A DNA stretch of 64,000 bases from Amphiscolops sp. MND2022 (Eukaryota), in NCBI GenBank assembly GCA_964187785.1, contig OZ076409.1, forward strand, positions 31,312,001-31,376,000, written 5' to 3'. A program made the position numbers and the translations under genes. The notes under the pieces are model-generated. The model ran no database searches. It had not been told where the DNA came from and saw only the letters and a program-made list of their open reading frames with translations. Numbering within the stretch: position 1 is the first letter of the stretch; every line of letters starts with the position of its first letter. Shown here piece after piece: positions 20,950-34,945 of this stretch.

Positions 20950-23900
20950 CTTGCCTGCAAAAAAATTAGGATATATTAAACTAACGACACAAAGTGAAGT
21001 CTATACCTGCAATGAAAAAATTTATTTCACCTGTGGTTGCTCCGCAGAACAACTGGTTGAAACAGGGCCCATAAATTGTAGATCTCATATAAGTCTGCAT
21101 ACTTGCTACAGCGAGGTGTCTCGAAAATGAAGCGTCCTCGGATAGGCTTCAATTGAAGAAGGGCTCCACACAAAGGAACAAACTCCTCCAAAAACTTGAC
21201 TGCATTGGTTTATTTGCTGTAACCTCTCATGCAACTGGTAGAGTAAATCAGCTATCACCATGTTCATTTCGCCAACAATATATAGTTTTAGCTCTTCCAA
21301 GGAAGACCGTCATTTGTCGAGGGAGGAAACTGTCGAAGGAAGGAGTTCATATCCGAAGTTCAATTGGAAAAGAGAATGAAGTATGGTGCCGTTTACCAAG
21401 GACGCAGCCATCCCTGTAGGAGCAACAACCACTGAAGTTGGTCTATCTAACTTTCAGCCAGCTTGTGTAGACTCCGAATTAGCATAACTGATGACACAAT
21501 TGAGAAGTTTTGTTTTACCGGTTCCGCTTTCTCCTTGGATTATCAACAGAGGTGGGGAAGGCTTGTTTCCCCTCAATATACTATGAATATAAAAGGCAAC
21601 GCAGTTGAAGACATCACGTTGATGGGTGTCCAACGAGGGTATCGTTTCGCATATAGACGCTCTGCCCGACATTTTCAAAGCTGGCATGGAACTATTAGAT
21701 GGTTCCAGAAGAGTGGTGCCAGGGTGCCGGATATCAATAGTTATGTTCTGCATTTCTTCGTCTGCGTTCATTTGTTCACCTTGAGAGTCGAGGGAGTCAG
21801 CGATGTGTTGTGGTCGCATAAGGGAACCGCTCTCGACCGACAGACATTTTTGCAAAACTCTTCGTTGCCCATTGGGAAGATGGCAAGTTTCTTCCGCTCC
21901 AGGATCTCCCTATATTCCTTTTACCATTCGACACATTTCACAGGGTTATTGCAAAAGAGGTCAGAAAATTCATCACCCCAAGGGAGGAAAAAAAGGCACT
22001 CAGAATAGACACACTCGTAATTTTCTGTTTTTCTTTTCTCGTCGTGAAGACGCTAGGTTGCCCCGGCAGCTTCATAAACCGCCAGTTCTTGAGACGAATC
22101 GATGTCTGCTTGGCAGAACGGGGAACTTCTGGTGGTAGGTTTGTACTTTTATTTACTACAGTTGTATCATTGATGGCAAATGCAGCTAAACACATGGACT
22201 CCAGCGTTTCTGGTCTTCTGCAGTTTTTTTCGTGTTTGGTTTCGGTCCAAATATAATCACCTTCTTTTCCTTCATTTTGAACAGTTGTTAAGTCTGTGGC
22301 ATCTTCAACTTTTATATACCTGAGGAACTTGTATCTGTTCTCAGAGAAACCAGTGGTAACAAAAACAGTGGAAATGTTGGAATCTTTCAAATTCAAATGC
22401 GGCAAAAGTCGATAAGTTGCTTCACAGGCTCCGATTTGGCGATGACGAAGTTACAAACTTTTCAAAGTTTCAACCGATTCTTCTTGTGACTGAGAAGAAC
22501 AGTCCTTCAATTCACGTTTCATCGAACCCGTGATCCCAGTTTCGTCTTTGGAATAGTAGTCGCAGATATAGGTAACCAGTGCATATGTGTCGCAACAAAA
22601 CAATGTCCATAGTAGTGAGATGGTGACACTATCTTACTACAGTTCATATTTGCATTCCACGCTTGGAACCATTGTTTATTGTAGTTTTTATTGTGTGCTT
22701 CTTTCGGCCTACGCTTCAGAACAACAACTTTACCTTACTTTGAAAGAGACAAGGCTTCGTGGTAAAGTCCCCGGCTGACTTGCAGTCTCGAGTAAACATT
22801 TTCGAAAGTCTTAGAAGGGTTTGGGCTGCCATTCAAACTCTTAGCTTTGTCCAGAACTTTGAGTTTCTCAGCGAAACCAGGTTGGTGTCAAGAATCAACA
22901 GGGACCGCAATAATGGTTTGTTCTGAAGGCAGTCGTGGGTAACCAAAGCTACATAATTTTGTTTTGCGACGACATGTTTTTGTGTGATTGTGTTTGCACA
23001 TCAGAAACTGTACAATGAAACGGGTCTGCCTCGTGAGGCAGTTCACATGTCACGAACTGTTCAATATAATGAATTATTCTAGCATTTTCTTCGAGGTGAG
23101 ACAAAGACTACAGAAAAAGAGGATGTGCTCCATACCTCGCAGTTGCATCTCCCTGTAAGTGTAGAATTTCACAGAAACCTAGCGACTGTGCTTCCTCAGG
23201 ACAATGTTGGTAATTCCAGACTTGACACGGTGATTGGAAAACCGAGTAACATGGACGACGTGTTTTTGAAGAATTTCGCTTCGTAAATTGGGTTTTTTTG
23301 GCACAAAGTTTGTCGAAGGGCATGTCATCAATCAGAATCGTTGTTTCGTTAGCTACTTATTTGGAAGATGCTGCAAGTGATACTTTGTGTCTTCTTGAAT
23401 GATAAATAGTAACCAGCACTTCGGGCCATCGAAACTCGGTAGAGGACAGAGTGAAAAAAAAATGAAAAAGTCCAAGCTGTTTGACTTTGGGTAAAATTAT
23501 CTTCTGGCCAACCGACAGTATTGACTGGTGCAACGAATCCGTTGGAAGACTGCGTGGACCTCGGACTGAGTCACAGTGACTGATTTGTCATTGATGCGTT
23601 GGGTTTTGCCCCTACTGAAAAACAGATTGCATTGTTTCTCTAACTGCTCTCTTCCTACCCGCTGTTGCGCCGCAAAAAGGTACGCATTGTCAGCTGCAAA
23701 CCTGACATCTGCATTCATAGTTCTCTGGGTAAAATACGCTGTGTAGGTATTTTTTGCTGAGGTTTTGCAAAAGTATTTTTCCTCAATATGAAGTAGCAAG
23801 GGAAAGATTTGCTCTCAAAGTCGTTATCAGCCAACCAGTTGGTGGGAAGCTTGTTTTCCCCTGGCGCTAGAACTGTGGTGTCGAAATGCACTTTGGACAT

Positions 23901-24610
23901 CAATGGCTTGTTGGCAATCAACTCTCCAACAGGGTTTTGAGGCAAGAAACAGGTATCGAACATAGTCTCAGTTTCATCTGCTATTGATTCACAAGTTGAG
24001 TCGCTTCCGTCGTTGTTCGACAAACATTAATAATGGACATTTTAATCGATAATGGACATTCCCCTCGTTCTTCAAGTACTCTAGCGCTTTAATTAGCACT
24101 AGTGGTCAAATTAATGATTGCGAATGAACATTCTTCATCTACGTCGAGCGTTTCAGTTGTACATTGACCAAATACGCTTCATCCTAAGAGCGCGGCTGAT
24201 TTGTGGTTGTTTGCAGATCAGTATCTGTCAGAGGAACATTTATTACTTTATCTTTGATGGCTGACATTCTTGATTTTGGAAGTTGAACAATTTTCATGAA
24301 GAGTATATTCTTGGCTTTCAACTGTTGCCCAAATTCTGTTAGTACAAGTTCAGGAGGATTCCACATGCAGGTCGTTAAGAGGAGACCTTGGAGGCTTCTG
24401 ATTTTTCTTCAGGTGACCAACACAAGATAAATAAAATGAAATTGATGCATACAATTCAAAAATCGGTACACAATTTTTCAATGGAGAATTGTTTTTACGT
24501 TCCAGAGTATTTCTCGGCAATGTAGCAACACCATCTGCGAGGAGGAGTCTTTCACAGCAAACACACATGTAGGTCAGACCCATTCTCATGCTTTCCCGGA
24601 ATGTCTCTAA
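20950..24610 (-). pseudogene. Decayed Helentron/Helitron2-type Rep-helicase (HUH Rep + PIF1-like SF1 helicase)
   Basis: Fragmented minus-strand motifs in the expected order: CVCCERLL; KNILFMKIVQLPK..VINVP; FFTLSSTEFRWPEVL (~23420-23460); REMQLRGMEH (HUH region, ~23125-23155); HTKTC..CSFGYP (~22945-22985); AWNANM (~22645-22663); YALVTYICDYYSKDE (~22541-22585); HRQIGACEATYRLLPHL; Walker A IIQGESGTGKT. Many stops and frameshifts. Confidence 0.88.
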
Positions 24611-24649
24611 AACTTTGTCAAAAGGGGAATTTTTTTCAACCAGTATTTT

Positions 24650-24960
24650 TCATGCAAGGGCTTTTTCAGAACTTCAACGTTTTTCGCACGCAGAGGCTCC
24701 TTCATAACTTTGACGTACTTGTCACGCAAGGGCTCACTTAAATGTGTCACGTACTTCTTACGCATGGGCTCTTTCAAAACTTTGACGTACTACTCATGCA
24801 ATGGTTCTCTCAGTTTTGTCAAGTACTTCTCATGCAAGGGTTCTTTCAATCTTGTCAAGTACTTCTCATGCTAGGGTTCTTTCAATTTTCTCAAGTATTG
24901 CTCATGCAAAGGTTCTTCCAATTTTGTCACGTACTTATGAGCCAAAGGCTCCTTCTAAAT
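24650..24960 (-). repeat. Degenerate 36-bp coding minisatellite upstream of the Rep region
   Basis: Recurrent TTTTGTCAAGTACTTCTCATGCAAGGG-like units with 36-bp period. Confidence 0.8.
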
Positions 24961-25715
24961 TGAATTGTACTTATCATGAAGTGGTCCTTTTAGTTCGGTT
25001 TGGTTTTGCAGTCGGAGCGTTTCCCGACGTTTTTCGCACATATTTCAATCGTAACTGCTTTCGAATTTTTTTTATAATTAAGAGCTACTTTCTCTCATAA
25101 AATATCCGTATAGTGAGTTTTCATCCTCCTCGCGAGCAAATTGATGTACTTTTTCTGAAGCTTTTGAGCTAGAGAAATTGTGTTAAAAATTTGCTTCATT
25201 TCCTTCAAGGAATCGTGGTATTCTTTTTTTATCAGGTGACAAGACCTCCTTGAAAAACTCCCTTCGTTGAACGCGTGTTCTTTTATAATAGCGTTGGTTC
25301 TTGGCAACAACAACGTTTTTGCGGTATTTGGAAAGAGTTGAAGAAGTACACGTTTTACCATACTGTTGTGGTACTTTTTCTTCTCTAGTTTCGTTTTTTG
25401 TACAAGTTTTGTATATGCTTTTGCAGGGACTCCTTGAACAATGATGTAGAGCACGCTCTTCGTTTTCAAAGAAAGTACCACAGTACACACAGGGAACGTT
25501 CAGAAAAGATTAGACAGTTTGGTTCTAGTTTATCGAAGACGTTGGAGGAAGCTGTAGTGTTGGAAGAAAAAATTGTTCGACACTTTGACTCTTTGAGGTG
25601 ACGGCTCAGTTTGCTGGAATCGGAGAAAAACTTGCATTTGAAATTTGCACAGACACAATTGAATTGATTTGGTGCAATTTCAGCTTCAATTGGTTAATTA
25701 TATTGATATAATGGA

Positions 25716-26201
25716 TCATTGTCTGTTCCATGGGCGAAAGTTTCGTAGGTGTGAGCCGGAATTGAAGAGTTTAGTTTTGCGTTCATTGACTAAAGTGAAA
25801 GGTACACTTTTGAACTCCACAGACGATCTCAACGGAGAGTAATAACATGGGCTGGAGCATTCCTGATGTTGACGAACGGCTCTTTCTGGAAAACTGACAA
25901 TGCAATGACATGCACGAGCAAAACCAAGTTCGGTTAATTCGAAACAATCCAAGACTTCGTCGGGAAGTTGTATGACAAATGCTTTTACGTTAGGGAACAT
26001 GTGAATGCTGTAGAGATTTTGTGTATGACAGTGGGTGCCACGGAGGCACACAGGAGTACCTCTCACATGAGTGTGAACCAAACCGAGCATAAACTTCACA
26101 GACGCTTCGCAAACATTCTGCAAAAAGATAGAGGTATCTGTGCCATTGATACCGTGATCCTCAACAAAAGTACCATCAGCTGATTGGGTGGGCTGTATCA
26201 A
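25716..26201 (-). pseudogene. AMSH/STAMBP-like JAMM (MPN) deubiquitinase-like domain, probably part of the Helentron polyprotein
   Basis: IQPTQSADGTFVED...LGLVHTHVRGTPVCLRGTHCHTQ..Y..MFP...FELTELG parallels AMSH IPKQ...LGWIHTHP....LSSVDLHTH..YQ.MLPE...F.LT..G; the S-x-x-D part is eroded. Confidence 0.7.
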
Positions 26202-28059
26202 GTCGCAAACAACAGAACTGCTCTAAATTGTTTCTGCCACAAAGTTGGAAATTGTTTCCACATGTTGGCCCAGCTTGTTGACATTGAACATCCTGTCAAA
26301 AATGCATAAAGGCATTCGTAGGAACAATAATCATCCTTCGTAGGAACAATCAAGAAGAAGATTGACATCACAGTGAATAGTTATAAAAATCTACGTTTCT
26401 CTTACAAATCCTGTGAACAAAAGAAAGCAAAACGAAATGCTTTAAAATAACATTCGAGACGCATGATCAACCGAACAACAATGCAATGAATAAGGCTTTC
26501 GTGAGATTAGTTAACTTGAAAATTGAAAACGAGCGTTGTTTTGGAACATTCAGTTCAACAAACTAGAAAAGTGAACGTCTGACAACTGAAAACTTTTACC
26601 AACAGTGTAAAAACTGCAAACATGTTTGGGAAATTCTCTCTAAGACCGAAAAACTGCACATTTTGAAAACAGATTAAAACTGCAAGAGTTAACAAAATCA
26701 AAAACTGATGTACGAAAACTGGAGAATTCAGATAAAACGAATAAAAATGCAAACATTGAAAGCTGATGATCGCAAAGTGGGTCATTGAAATGATTAACTG
26801 ATTTCTTAGCAGTGAAAGCAAATTGTAGGAAAACTAAAATCTGAACGATTACAAAAGTGACGCTGAAAGTGAACGTTTGCAACGATGGCATAGAAAGGTC
26901 ACGACGAAATCAGTTTTTTTTTCATCACAGTCCCTTGAGAAACTTTTCTTATAAAGTGCGAACCCTTTAGCATTTCGGAGAGACCAACATGCAGAAATGT
27001 TTGCTTCCCTTTGTTGATTTTGTCGTGATGCTACATTTTCCATTTTCTTAGCAGTAAATCCACATCCAGACGATTCAAGCTTCGTTGAAGTTACGTTATG
27101 TAGAGTAGAACCTTTCTGTGGCGTGGCGTTACTGTAACATTGCCATGGTCTCGGTTGGAATTAGATTCCAGCTGCAGTAAAGGCGAGCGAATGAAGTATG
27201 TTCAACGGACATTGTAGTTGCATCTGGCTTGAGATGCTCAATTCTTTTCATTATTGAACTCTTTGATTTTTCTGATTTTTCAACTCGAGTGAGAGAGGCA
27301 GCAATTGACGTTCCGGTCAACAGAGAAGTTAGTAAAGTGTGAGCCAATGGTTGAAATTTGATGGACGGCTGAAATGAACCGGAACACTCCGTTTTTGTGG
27401 ATCAACCGGCTCCATCGAGAGGGGAAATTTCAAAACTTTCAAAGTTGGTGCAAAATTACCCAATCCTTGTGTGACAGGTGCTTTGCCGAGTTGCTTAAGG
27501 GTATTTCTTGCTATGTCATGCTGCTGGAAGCAGCAGGAAACTTATAACGAAACTTCTTCCGTGGCTGTTTTCTTGACTTTTGTTTTTTAGACTTTCGACG
27601 AAGTGTTGCAGGCAAGTCGTTGTCAACAGGCAGAGAAGCTACGATTTCATCCATAGAACTTCCGTATGACGCCACCGATGAAGGTTATGGTGGGTTCGTG
27701 GAAGGATGATAGAATGTTTTAGTTGATTCCAAATTTGATTTGATTGGAGACAATTTTTTTGCTAATTGACGTTGCTGAGCTTGCGTGTAATTATTTTCAG
27801 CATGCTGACTTTTATACCACCGTATGGGAGAAACGAGTTTACTTCCAGTCACCGTTCGAACGGACTTTTCAGCGTAACCAATTGCTATGTCAATTGCGGC
27901 CAGCAATAGCTTCTCTTCGTCATGAAGTTTGGGGTTGTCTTTGAGCCCAGGTACAGTAGGGCGCTCCATTATGGCATTCCGAAATTATTTTTTGTGCTGC
28001 AAACAATATCCCATGTATTGCTTTCAGATCTAGAACAACAATAGAAATTTCTAGAAAAG

Positions 28060-31000
28060 TATTAAACGTGTTTTGATATGTCCCCATTTCCTCTAGTACC
28101 CCTTTGGGGCGCTTATGTTCCCATCTTGCTAAGCGAGGTCGAACAGGAGCAAAGACCTAGCAGGAACGGAGATCGCGAAGCGATCGTAGTGGGAGCTGGT
28201 CTTTGCGACGGTGAGGGCGAGCGTGCATACACCGCATATGCCCCATATTATGATATTTCCGGGCGTTGACATTATTATTCCTTGAGTTGGAAAGGAGTTG
28301 TCTTTATTTTGTGGTCACTTGGCTTAAAATTTTTGAGCCAAATGAATCGACGAAAAAATTAAACAAAATGGAATTAGGCCAAATGACTGGTAACCTGTGA
28401 ACATATCTGACTACGTTATAAGAATTCGATCCGAGTTGTTTCGATCCCATTCAAAAATTTGGTATGTCAACCTGAGGACTAACTCTGATTTTCGATCCTG
28501 TTCCTTCGACCTATTTCCGCCCACCCTGAACGAACTACAAGACAACAACAGACAATGAAAAAGAAACAGTCAGACAGCCAAACGAATATATCAACAATTG
28601 GAATGAATCAGTCAGTTAGAGATATACTGGTGGATGCAGGAAAGAAAGGAAACGTACCTGAAATACAGAACAAGGAAACGGTAAACAAAAAAGTTTGAAT
28701 ATCTAGAAGTAAAATTATTGAAACAAAGCAATAATTCTTGCTTCACAAACTGAGATTGTGACGTTTTGATGACAAGGATGTGAAATATGAAAAGGAAGAA
28801 TGGAAAGGTTGCAGATGGAACGTTAGAATTGTGAACACTTAAAACAAACATTCATGACGCGACTAGGAGACTGGAGGCAGATTTAATAGAAAGAATCGAA
28901 CGAGAAATACTATCGGGGAAAATTAGTTTCAATAGTTATCGAAGTTGTTACTAAGATAGAAATTGTTAACTTTACAGAAAGATCCAAAATTTCAAGTACG
29001 GGCACAATGAATAAAAAACAGCTCGCAAACCTTGTGCCTTTCTTCAAACATCATATGCCGATCAAGCGTTCCTTCACGGGTCAGCGTTAGGTTACGTTTT
29101 TGGAACCCTGGAAAAAACTTCAAGAGGAGGTGGCCTTTTTGTACGTTTTGGGGACACGAAAAAGCCTACCCTGCACCAAATCGGTGCAGAGAGAGACCAT
29201 CCATGGAGCCCTTCAACAGAAATGCCGTTCTGGGAAGAGGGCTCAGATGACAGCATACTGAGTGAGCCTTCGAAGCTATCTGCTAATGGACAATATATTC
29301 GATGCTAAAATCAACCCCCAATGGTACAATGTTTCTATATGCCTCCAAAAACCTGCTACAAACTGATGAACCGAAACAATGTTTCCTTTTTTCTCAATAT
29401 GAGTGTCCAAGCAGAAAGAGTTGAAGAGGGGTCACCCGAGCTCCCGACAGTGGACATTTTCTCTAAAGATGGGATCAGTTGTCGCGGATGGTTGATGTAA
29501 GCCTAAGAACAAAAACTGGGCATATAAGATGACACCACTTTGCGTCACACCATTATGCGGACCCCTTGCGCATAATGTTGTGTAGCAAAACAATGTCAAC
29601 CGATCAATTAATCCTCAATTGATTCTCAAGAGGAACAGCCACGCTTGGTGTAGGAAGGAGGTTGCTTCCGAGGTTGACGACTGCTACACCCTGAAACATT
29701 AAAAGAGAAAAAACCAGTCGTTCAGTCGGGTCTGCCACACCCAAATCGTTCGTTCTGGCGTGCTTGGGCCCATTGGCCCCTGAACGAACGGGTGGCTGTA
29801 AATAGGTCGAATTTTTCTGGTCGAATGGACGGTAAATGGTCACTTTTTTAATGCCATTTGGCCTAAAGTCATTTGGCCTAATACAATTGGTCACTTGGCT
29901 TAATTTTTTTGAGCTAAGTGTCTCGGGTATTGGTCACTTGGCTCAAAGTCGTTTGACATTAAATCACTTATTTGAAAACACGTGGCAGCTTTTGTCGAAT
30001 TTATCTTTTTAACGTAGTAAGCGTATTATTATAAACTGTCATATCAAGTACCCCTCGAATATGTCCCCATTTCCTCTAGTGCCCTGCGGCCCCTTGGGTC
30101 CGCTTATATTCCCAACTTGCTAAGCGAGGTCGAACAGGAGCAAAGACCTAGCGGGAACGAAAATCGCGAAGCGATCGTAGTGGGAGCTGGTCTTTGCAAC
30201 GGTGAGGGCGAGCGTGCATACACCGCATATGCCCCACATTATGATTTTTCCGGGAGTTGACATATTTATTCCTTGAGTTGGAATGGAGTTGGCTTAATTT
30301 TGTGGTCACTTGGCTTAAAATTTTTAGGCCAAATGACTCGACGAAAAAAATTAAGCCAAGTGGTATTAAACCAAGTGACTGGTAACCGAATGGACAGAGG
30401 TCGAACCTTTTGAGCGAATTGCAGGGATCGAATGGATTGCGGTCGATTGTTATCGTGTTTGTTGTATCGCTCGGTTGCTTCGCTCCCTCCGCCAAGTAAC
30501 AACATTGAGGAATAGCTATATGGCACGTCGCTCCGCTTCGCTTCGCTCCTGCATTCGGGGCACTAAAGGTATGTGAACAGGTAAATGGTCCTTGGCTTAA
30601 TGCCATTTGGCATAAAGTCATTTGGCTTAATAAAATTGGTCACTTGGCCTAATTCTTTTGGGCTAAGTGTCTCGGGTATTGGTCACTTGGCTTAAAGTCA
30701 TTTGACTTAAAACCACTTAGTTGAAAACACGAGGCAGATTTTGTCGAATTTATCTTTATAACGTAGTCAGCGTATTATTATAACATGTCATATCAAGTAC
30801 CCCCTCGGATATGTCCCCCTTTCCTCTAGTGCCCTGCGGCCCCTTGGGGCCGCTAATATTTCCATCTTGCTAAGCGAGATCGAACAAGAGCAAAGACCTA
30901 GCGGGAACGGAGATCGCGAAGCAATCGTAGTGGGAGCTGGTCTTTGCGACGGTGAGGGCGAGCGTCCATACACCGCATTTGCCCTACATTATGATATTTC

Positions 31001-34000
31001 CGGGAGTTGACATATTTATTCCTTGATTTGGAATGGAGTTGGCTTAATTTTGTGGTCACTTGGCTTAAAATTTTTGAGCCAAATGAATCGACGAAAAAAA
31101 TGAACAAAATGGTATTAGGCCAAATGACTGGTAACCTGTGAACATATCTGACTACGTTATAAGAATTCGATCCGAGTTGTTTCGATCCCATTCAAAAATT
31201 TGGTATGTCGACCTGAGGACTAACTCTGATTTTCGATCCTGTTCCTTCGACCTATTTGCGACCATCCTGAACGAACTACAAGACAACAACAGACAATGAA
31301 AAAGAAACAGTCAGACAGTCAAACGAATAAATCAACAATTGGCATAAATCAATCAGTTAGGGATATGCTGGTGGATGCTTGAAAGAAAGGAAACGTACCT
31401 GAAATACAGAACAATGAAACGTTAAACAAAAAAGTTTGAATAGCTAAAAGTAAAATTATTGAAAAAATGCAATAATTCTTGCTTCAAAAACTGAAATTGT
31501 GACGTTTTGATGACAAGGATGTGAAATATGAAAAGGAAGAATGGAAAGGCTGGAGATGGAACGTTGGAATTGTGAACACTTGAAACAAACATTCATGACG
31601 CGACTAGGAGACCGGAGGCAGATTTAAGAGAAAGAATTGAACGAGAAATACTATCGGGGAAAATTAGTTTCAATAGTTATCGAAGGTGTTACTAAGATAG
31701 ATATTGTTGACTTTACAGAAAGATCCAAAATTTCAAGTACAAGCACAATGAATAAATACAGCTCGCAAACCCTGGGCCTTTCTTCAAACATCATATGTCG
31801 ATCAAGCGTTCCTTCACGGGTCAGCGTTAGGTTACGTTTTTGGAACAGCGTTAGGTTACGTTTTTGGAACCAAATCGGTGCAGAGAGAGACCATCCTTGG
31901 AGCCCTTCAGCAGAGATGCCGTTCTGGGAAGAGGGCTCAGATGACAGCATACTGAGTGTGCCTTCGAAGCTATCTGCTAATGGACAATATATTCGATGCT
32001 AAAATCAACCCCCAATGCTACAAGGTTTCTATATGCCTCCAAAAACCTGCTAAAAACTGATGAACCAAAACAATGTTTCCTTTTTTCTCAATATGAGTGT
32101 CCAAGCAGAAAGAGTTGAAGAGGGGTCACCCGAGCTCCCGACAATGGACATTTTCTCTGTAGATGGTATCAGTTGTCGCGGATGGTTGATGTAAGCCCAA
32201 GAACAAAAGATGACACCACTTTGCGTCACACCATTATGCGGACACCTTGCGCATAATGTTGTGCAGCAAAACAATGTCACCCGATCAATTAATCCTCAAT
32301 TGATTCTCCGAAGGAAGGACATTGCTTCCGAGGGTGACGACTGCTACACCCTGAAAGATTAAAAGAGAAACCACCAGTCGTTCAGTCGGGTCTGCCACAC
32401 CCAATTCGTTCGTTCTGGCGTGCTTGGGCCCATTGGCCCCTGAACGAAAGGGTGGCTGTAAATAAGTCAAATTTTTCTGGTCGAATGGACGGTAAATGGT
32501 CACTTGGCTTAATGCCATTTGGCTTAAAGTCATTTGGCTTAGTACAATTGGTCACTTGGCTTAATTTTTTAAAGCTAAGTGTCTCGGGTATTGGTCACTT
32601 GGCTTAAAGTCATTTGACTCAAAACCACTTATTTGAAAACACGTGGCAGCTTTTGTCGAATTTATCTTTATAACGTAGTAAGCGTATTATTGTAACCTGT
32701 CATATCAAGTACCCCACGAATATGTCCCCAGTTCCTCTAGTGCCCTGCGGCCCCTTGGGTCCGCTTATATTCCCCACTTGCTAAGCGAGGTCGAACAGGA
32801 GCAAAGACCTAGCGGGAACGAAGATCGCGAAGCGATCGTAGTGGGAGCTGGTCTTTGCGACGGTGATGGCGAGCGTGCATACACCGCATATGCCCGATAT
32901 TATGATATTTCCGGGAGTTGACATATTTATTCCTTGAGTTGGAATGGAGTTGGCTTAATTTTGTGGTCACTTGGCTAAAAAATACTAGACCAAATGACTC
33001 GACGAAAAAAATTAAGCCAAATTGTATTAAGCCAAGTGACTGGTAACCGAATATACAGAGGTCGAACCTTCTGAGCGAATTGCAGGGATCGAATGGATTG
33101 CGGTCGAATTTTATCGTATTTGTTGTATGGCTCGGTCGCTTTGCTCCCTTTGCCAAATAACAACATTGAGGCATGGCCATATGGCACGTCGCTCCGCTTC
33201 GCTTCGCTCCTGCATTCAGGGCACTAGGGGTATGTGAACAGGTAAATGGTCACTTGGCTTAATGCCATTTGGCCTAAAGTCATTTGGCTTAATACAATTG
33301 GTCACTTGGCTTAACTCTTTTAGGCTAAGTGTCTCGGGCATTGGTCACTTGGCTTAAAGTCATTTGACTTAAAAACACTTAGTTGAAAACAGGTGGCAGA
33401 TTTTGTCGAATTTATCTTTATAACGTAGTCAGCGTAATATTATAACATGTCATATCAAGTACCCCACGAATATGTCCCCAGTTCCTCTAGTGCCCTGCGG
33501 CCCCTTGGGTCCGCTTATATTCCCCACTTGCTAAGCGAGGTCGAACAGGAGCAAAGACCTAGCGGGAACGGAGATCGCGAAGCGATCGTTGTGGGAGCTG
33601 TTCTTTGCGACGGTGAGGGCGAGCGTGCATACACCGCATATGCCCCACATTATGATATTTCCGGGAGTTGACATATTTATTCCTTGAGTTGGAATGGAGT
33701 TGGCTTAATTTTGTGGTCACTTGTCCTAAAATTTTTAAGCCAAATGAATCGACGAAAAAATTAAACAAAATGGTATTAGGCCAAGTGACTGGTAACCTGT
33801 GAACATATCTGACTACGTTATAAGAATTCGATCCGAGTTGTTTCGATCCCATTCAAAAATTTGGCATGTCGACCTGAGGACTAACTCTGATTTTTGATCC
33901 TGTTCCTTCGACCTATTTCCGCCCACCCTGAACGAACTACAAGACAACAACAGACAATGAAAAAGAAACAGTCAGACAGCCAAACGAATAAATCAACAAT

Positions 34001-34113
34001 TGGAATAAGTCAGTCAGTTAGGGATATACTGGTGGATGCAGGAAAGAAAGGAAACGTACATGAAATACAGAACAATGAAACGGTAAACAAAAAAATTTGA
34101 ACAGCTAAAAGTA
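28060..34113. repeat. Composite tandem duplication A-B-A-B-A' (period ~2.7 kb) containing five copies of a ~190-bp GC-rich module and 15-bp GGTCACTTGGCTTAA arrays
   Basis: The module ATGTCCCC..CTAGTGCCC..GCTAAGCGAGGTCGAACAGGAGC occurs at ~28078, 30061, 30811, 32722 and 33472; ORF-track peptides are duplicated accordingly. Confidence 0.92.
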
Positions 34114-34589
34114 ATGAAAAAGAACTGTAGCAAGCCAAAAAACCGACGCACCGTCTTTGGACGTTTTCAAGAACTTACTCGACGTCCACTGGTCAGCACA
34201 CCACTGTGACACCATGGACGACTGAAGATTTGCAACGGACGGAGTAGCTTCTCTGAGTTTTTGTTCTTTACAGTATACTGTACTTGTTCTCTACAGTATT
34301 TTGAATACTTCTGCTACAGTATTTTGTTGTCCTGGATGCCAAAGGTTACCTTTAGGTTTCCACCGGCTCTTCGGGGCAGTGAAACTAAAATTTATCAATG
34401 CACAACGTCTCATAGCGGAAAGATGAAACCCCAATAATAATAACAATAATACTCAAGACTTTGCGCCAATTTATACAAACATTTAACTAGAGTCCACATC
34501 TACAGGCTCCTGCCTTTATTGTGTGAAATTTATTTACTTTATTTTATATTACTAAGTATATACAGAGAAAAGGTAAATGTTTTAGAGAA

Positions 34590-34945
34590 AAAATCTATTT
34601 GAAAAATCTCACCTTTTTTCAACATTCAATTGTTGCAAAGCATCCAAAAATTGAAGGGGCCTTTGTAGCCGAAACAATGATTCAGAAAAGAGTCGCACAG
34701 TGCCGAACAAAAATCGAAAGGGGGGATCCTTTAGTCCCGTCCGGTTTTGTAGGTTACGTTGAAAAGAAACAAAACCAAAGGGGGACTCTTTGGAACAACT
34801 TAGATGCGTTTCCCGGGTATTCGTTTAGTTTTCTTTAGTTGAAAACACTGAACGTTAACGTTCGTCGCTTCGAGTCTGTCTTAAAAAAGGAAAAAGTGAC
34901 TCTAATAGTAAGGCTCTTTTATCAATAAAAGCGCCGACTAAAAAC
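34590..34945 (-). mobile_element. Partial, diverged copy of the HINE/DINE-like nonautonomous repeat
   Basis: Ends in GCGCCGACTAAAAA (reverse complement of the TTTTTAGTCGGCGC terminus at ~53990) and shares degenerate internal AAAGGGGGA..C motifs. Confidence 0.6.

Noticed and set aside
27000..27969. Possible further 5' coding fragments of the Helentron
   Set aside because: Coding-like composition on the minus strand but no identifiable domain; element boundary not determinable.
28540..29800. Possible coding remnant inside the 2.7-kb duplicated unit
   Set aside because: No frame gives a recognisable domain; multiple stops.
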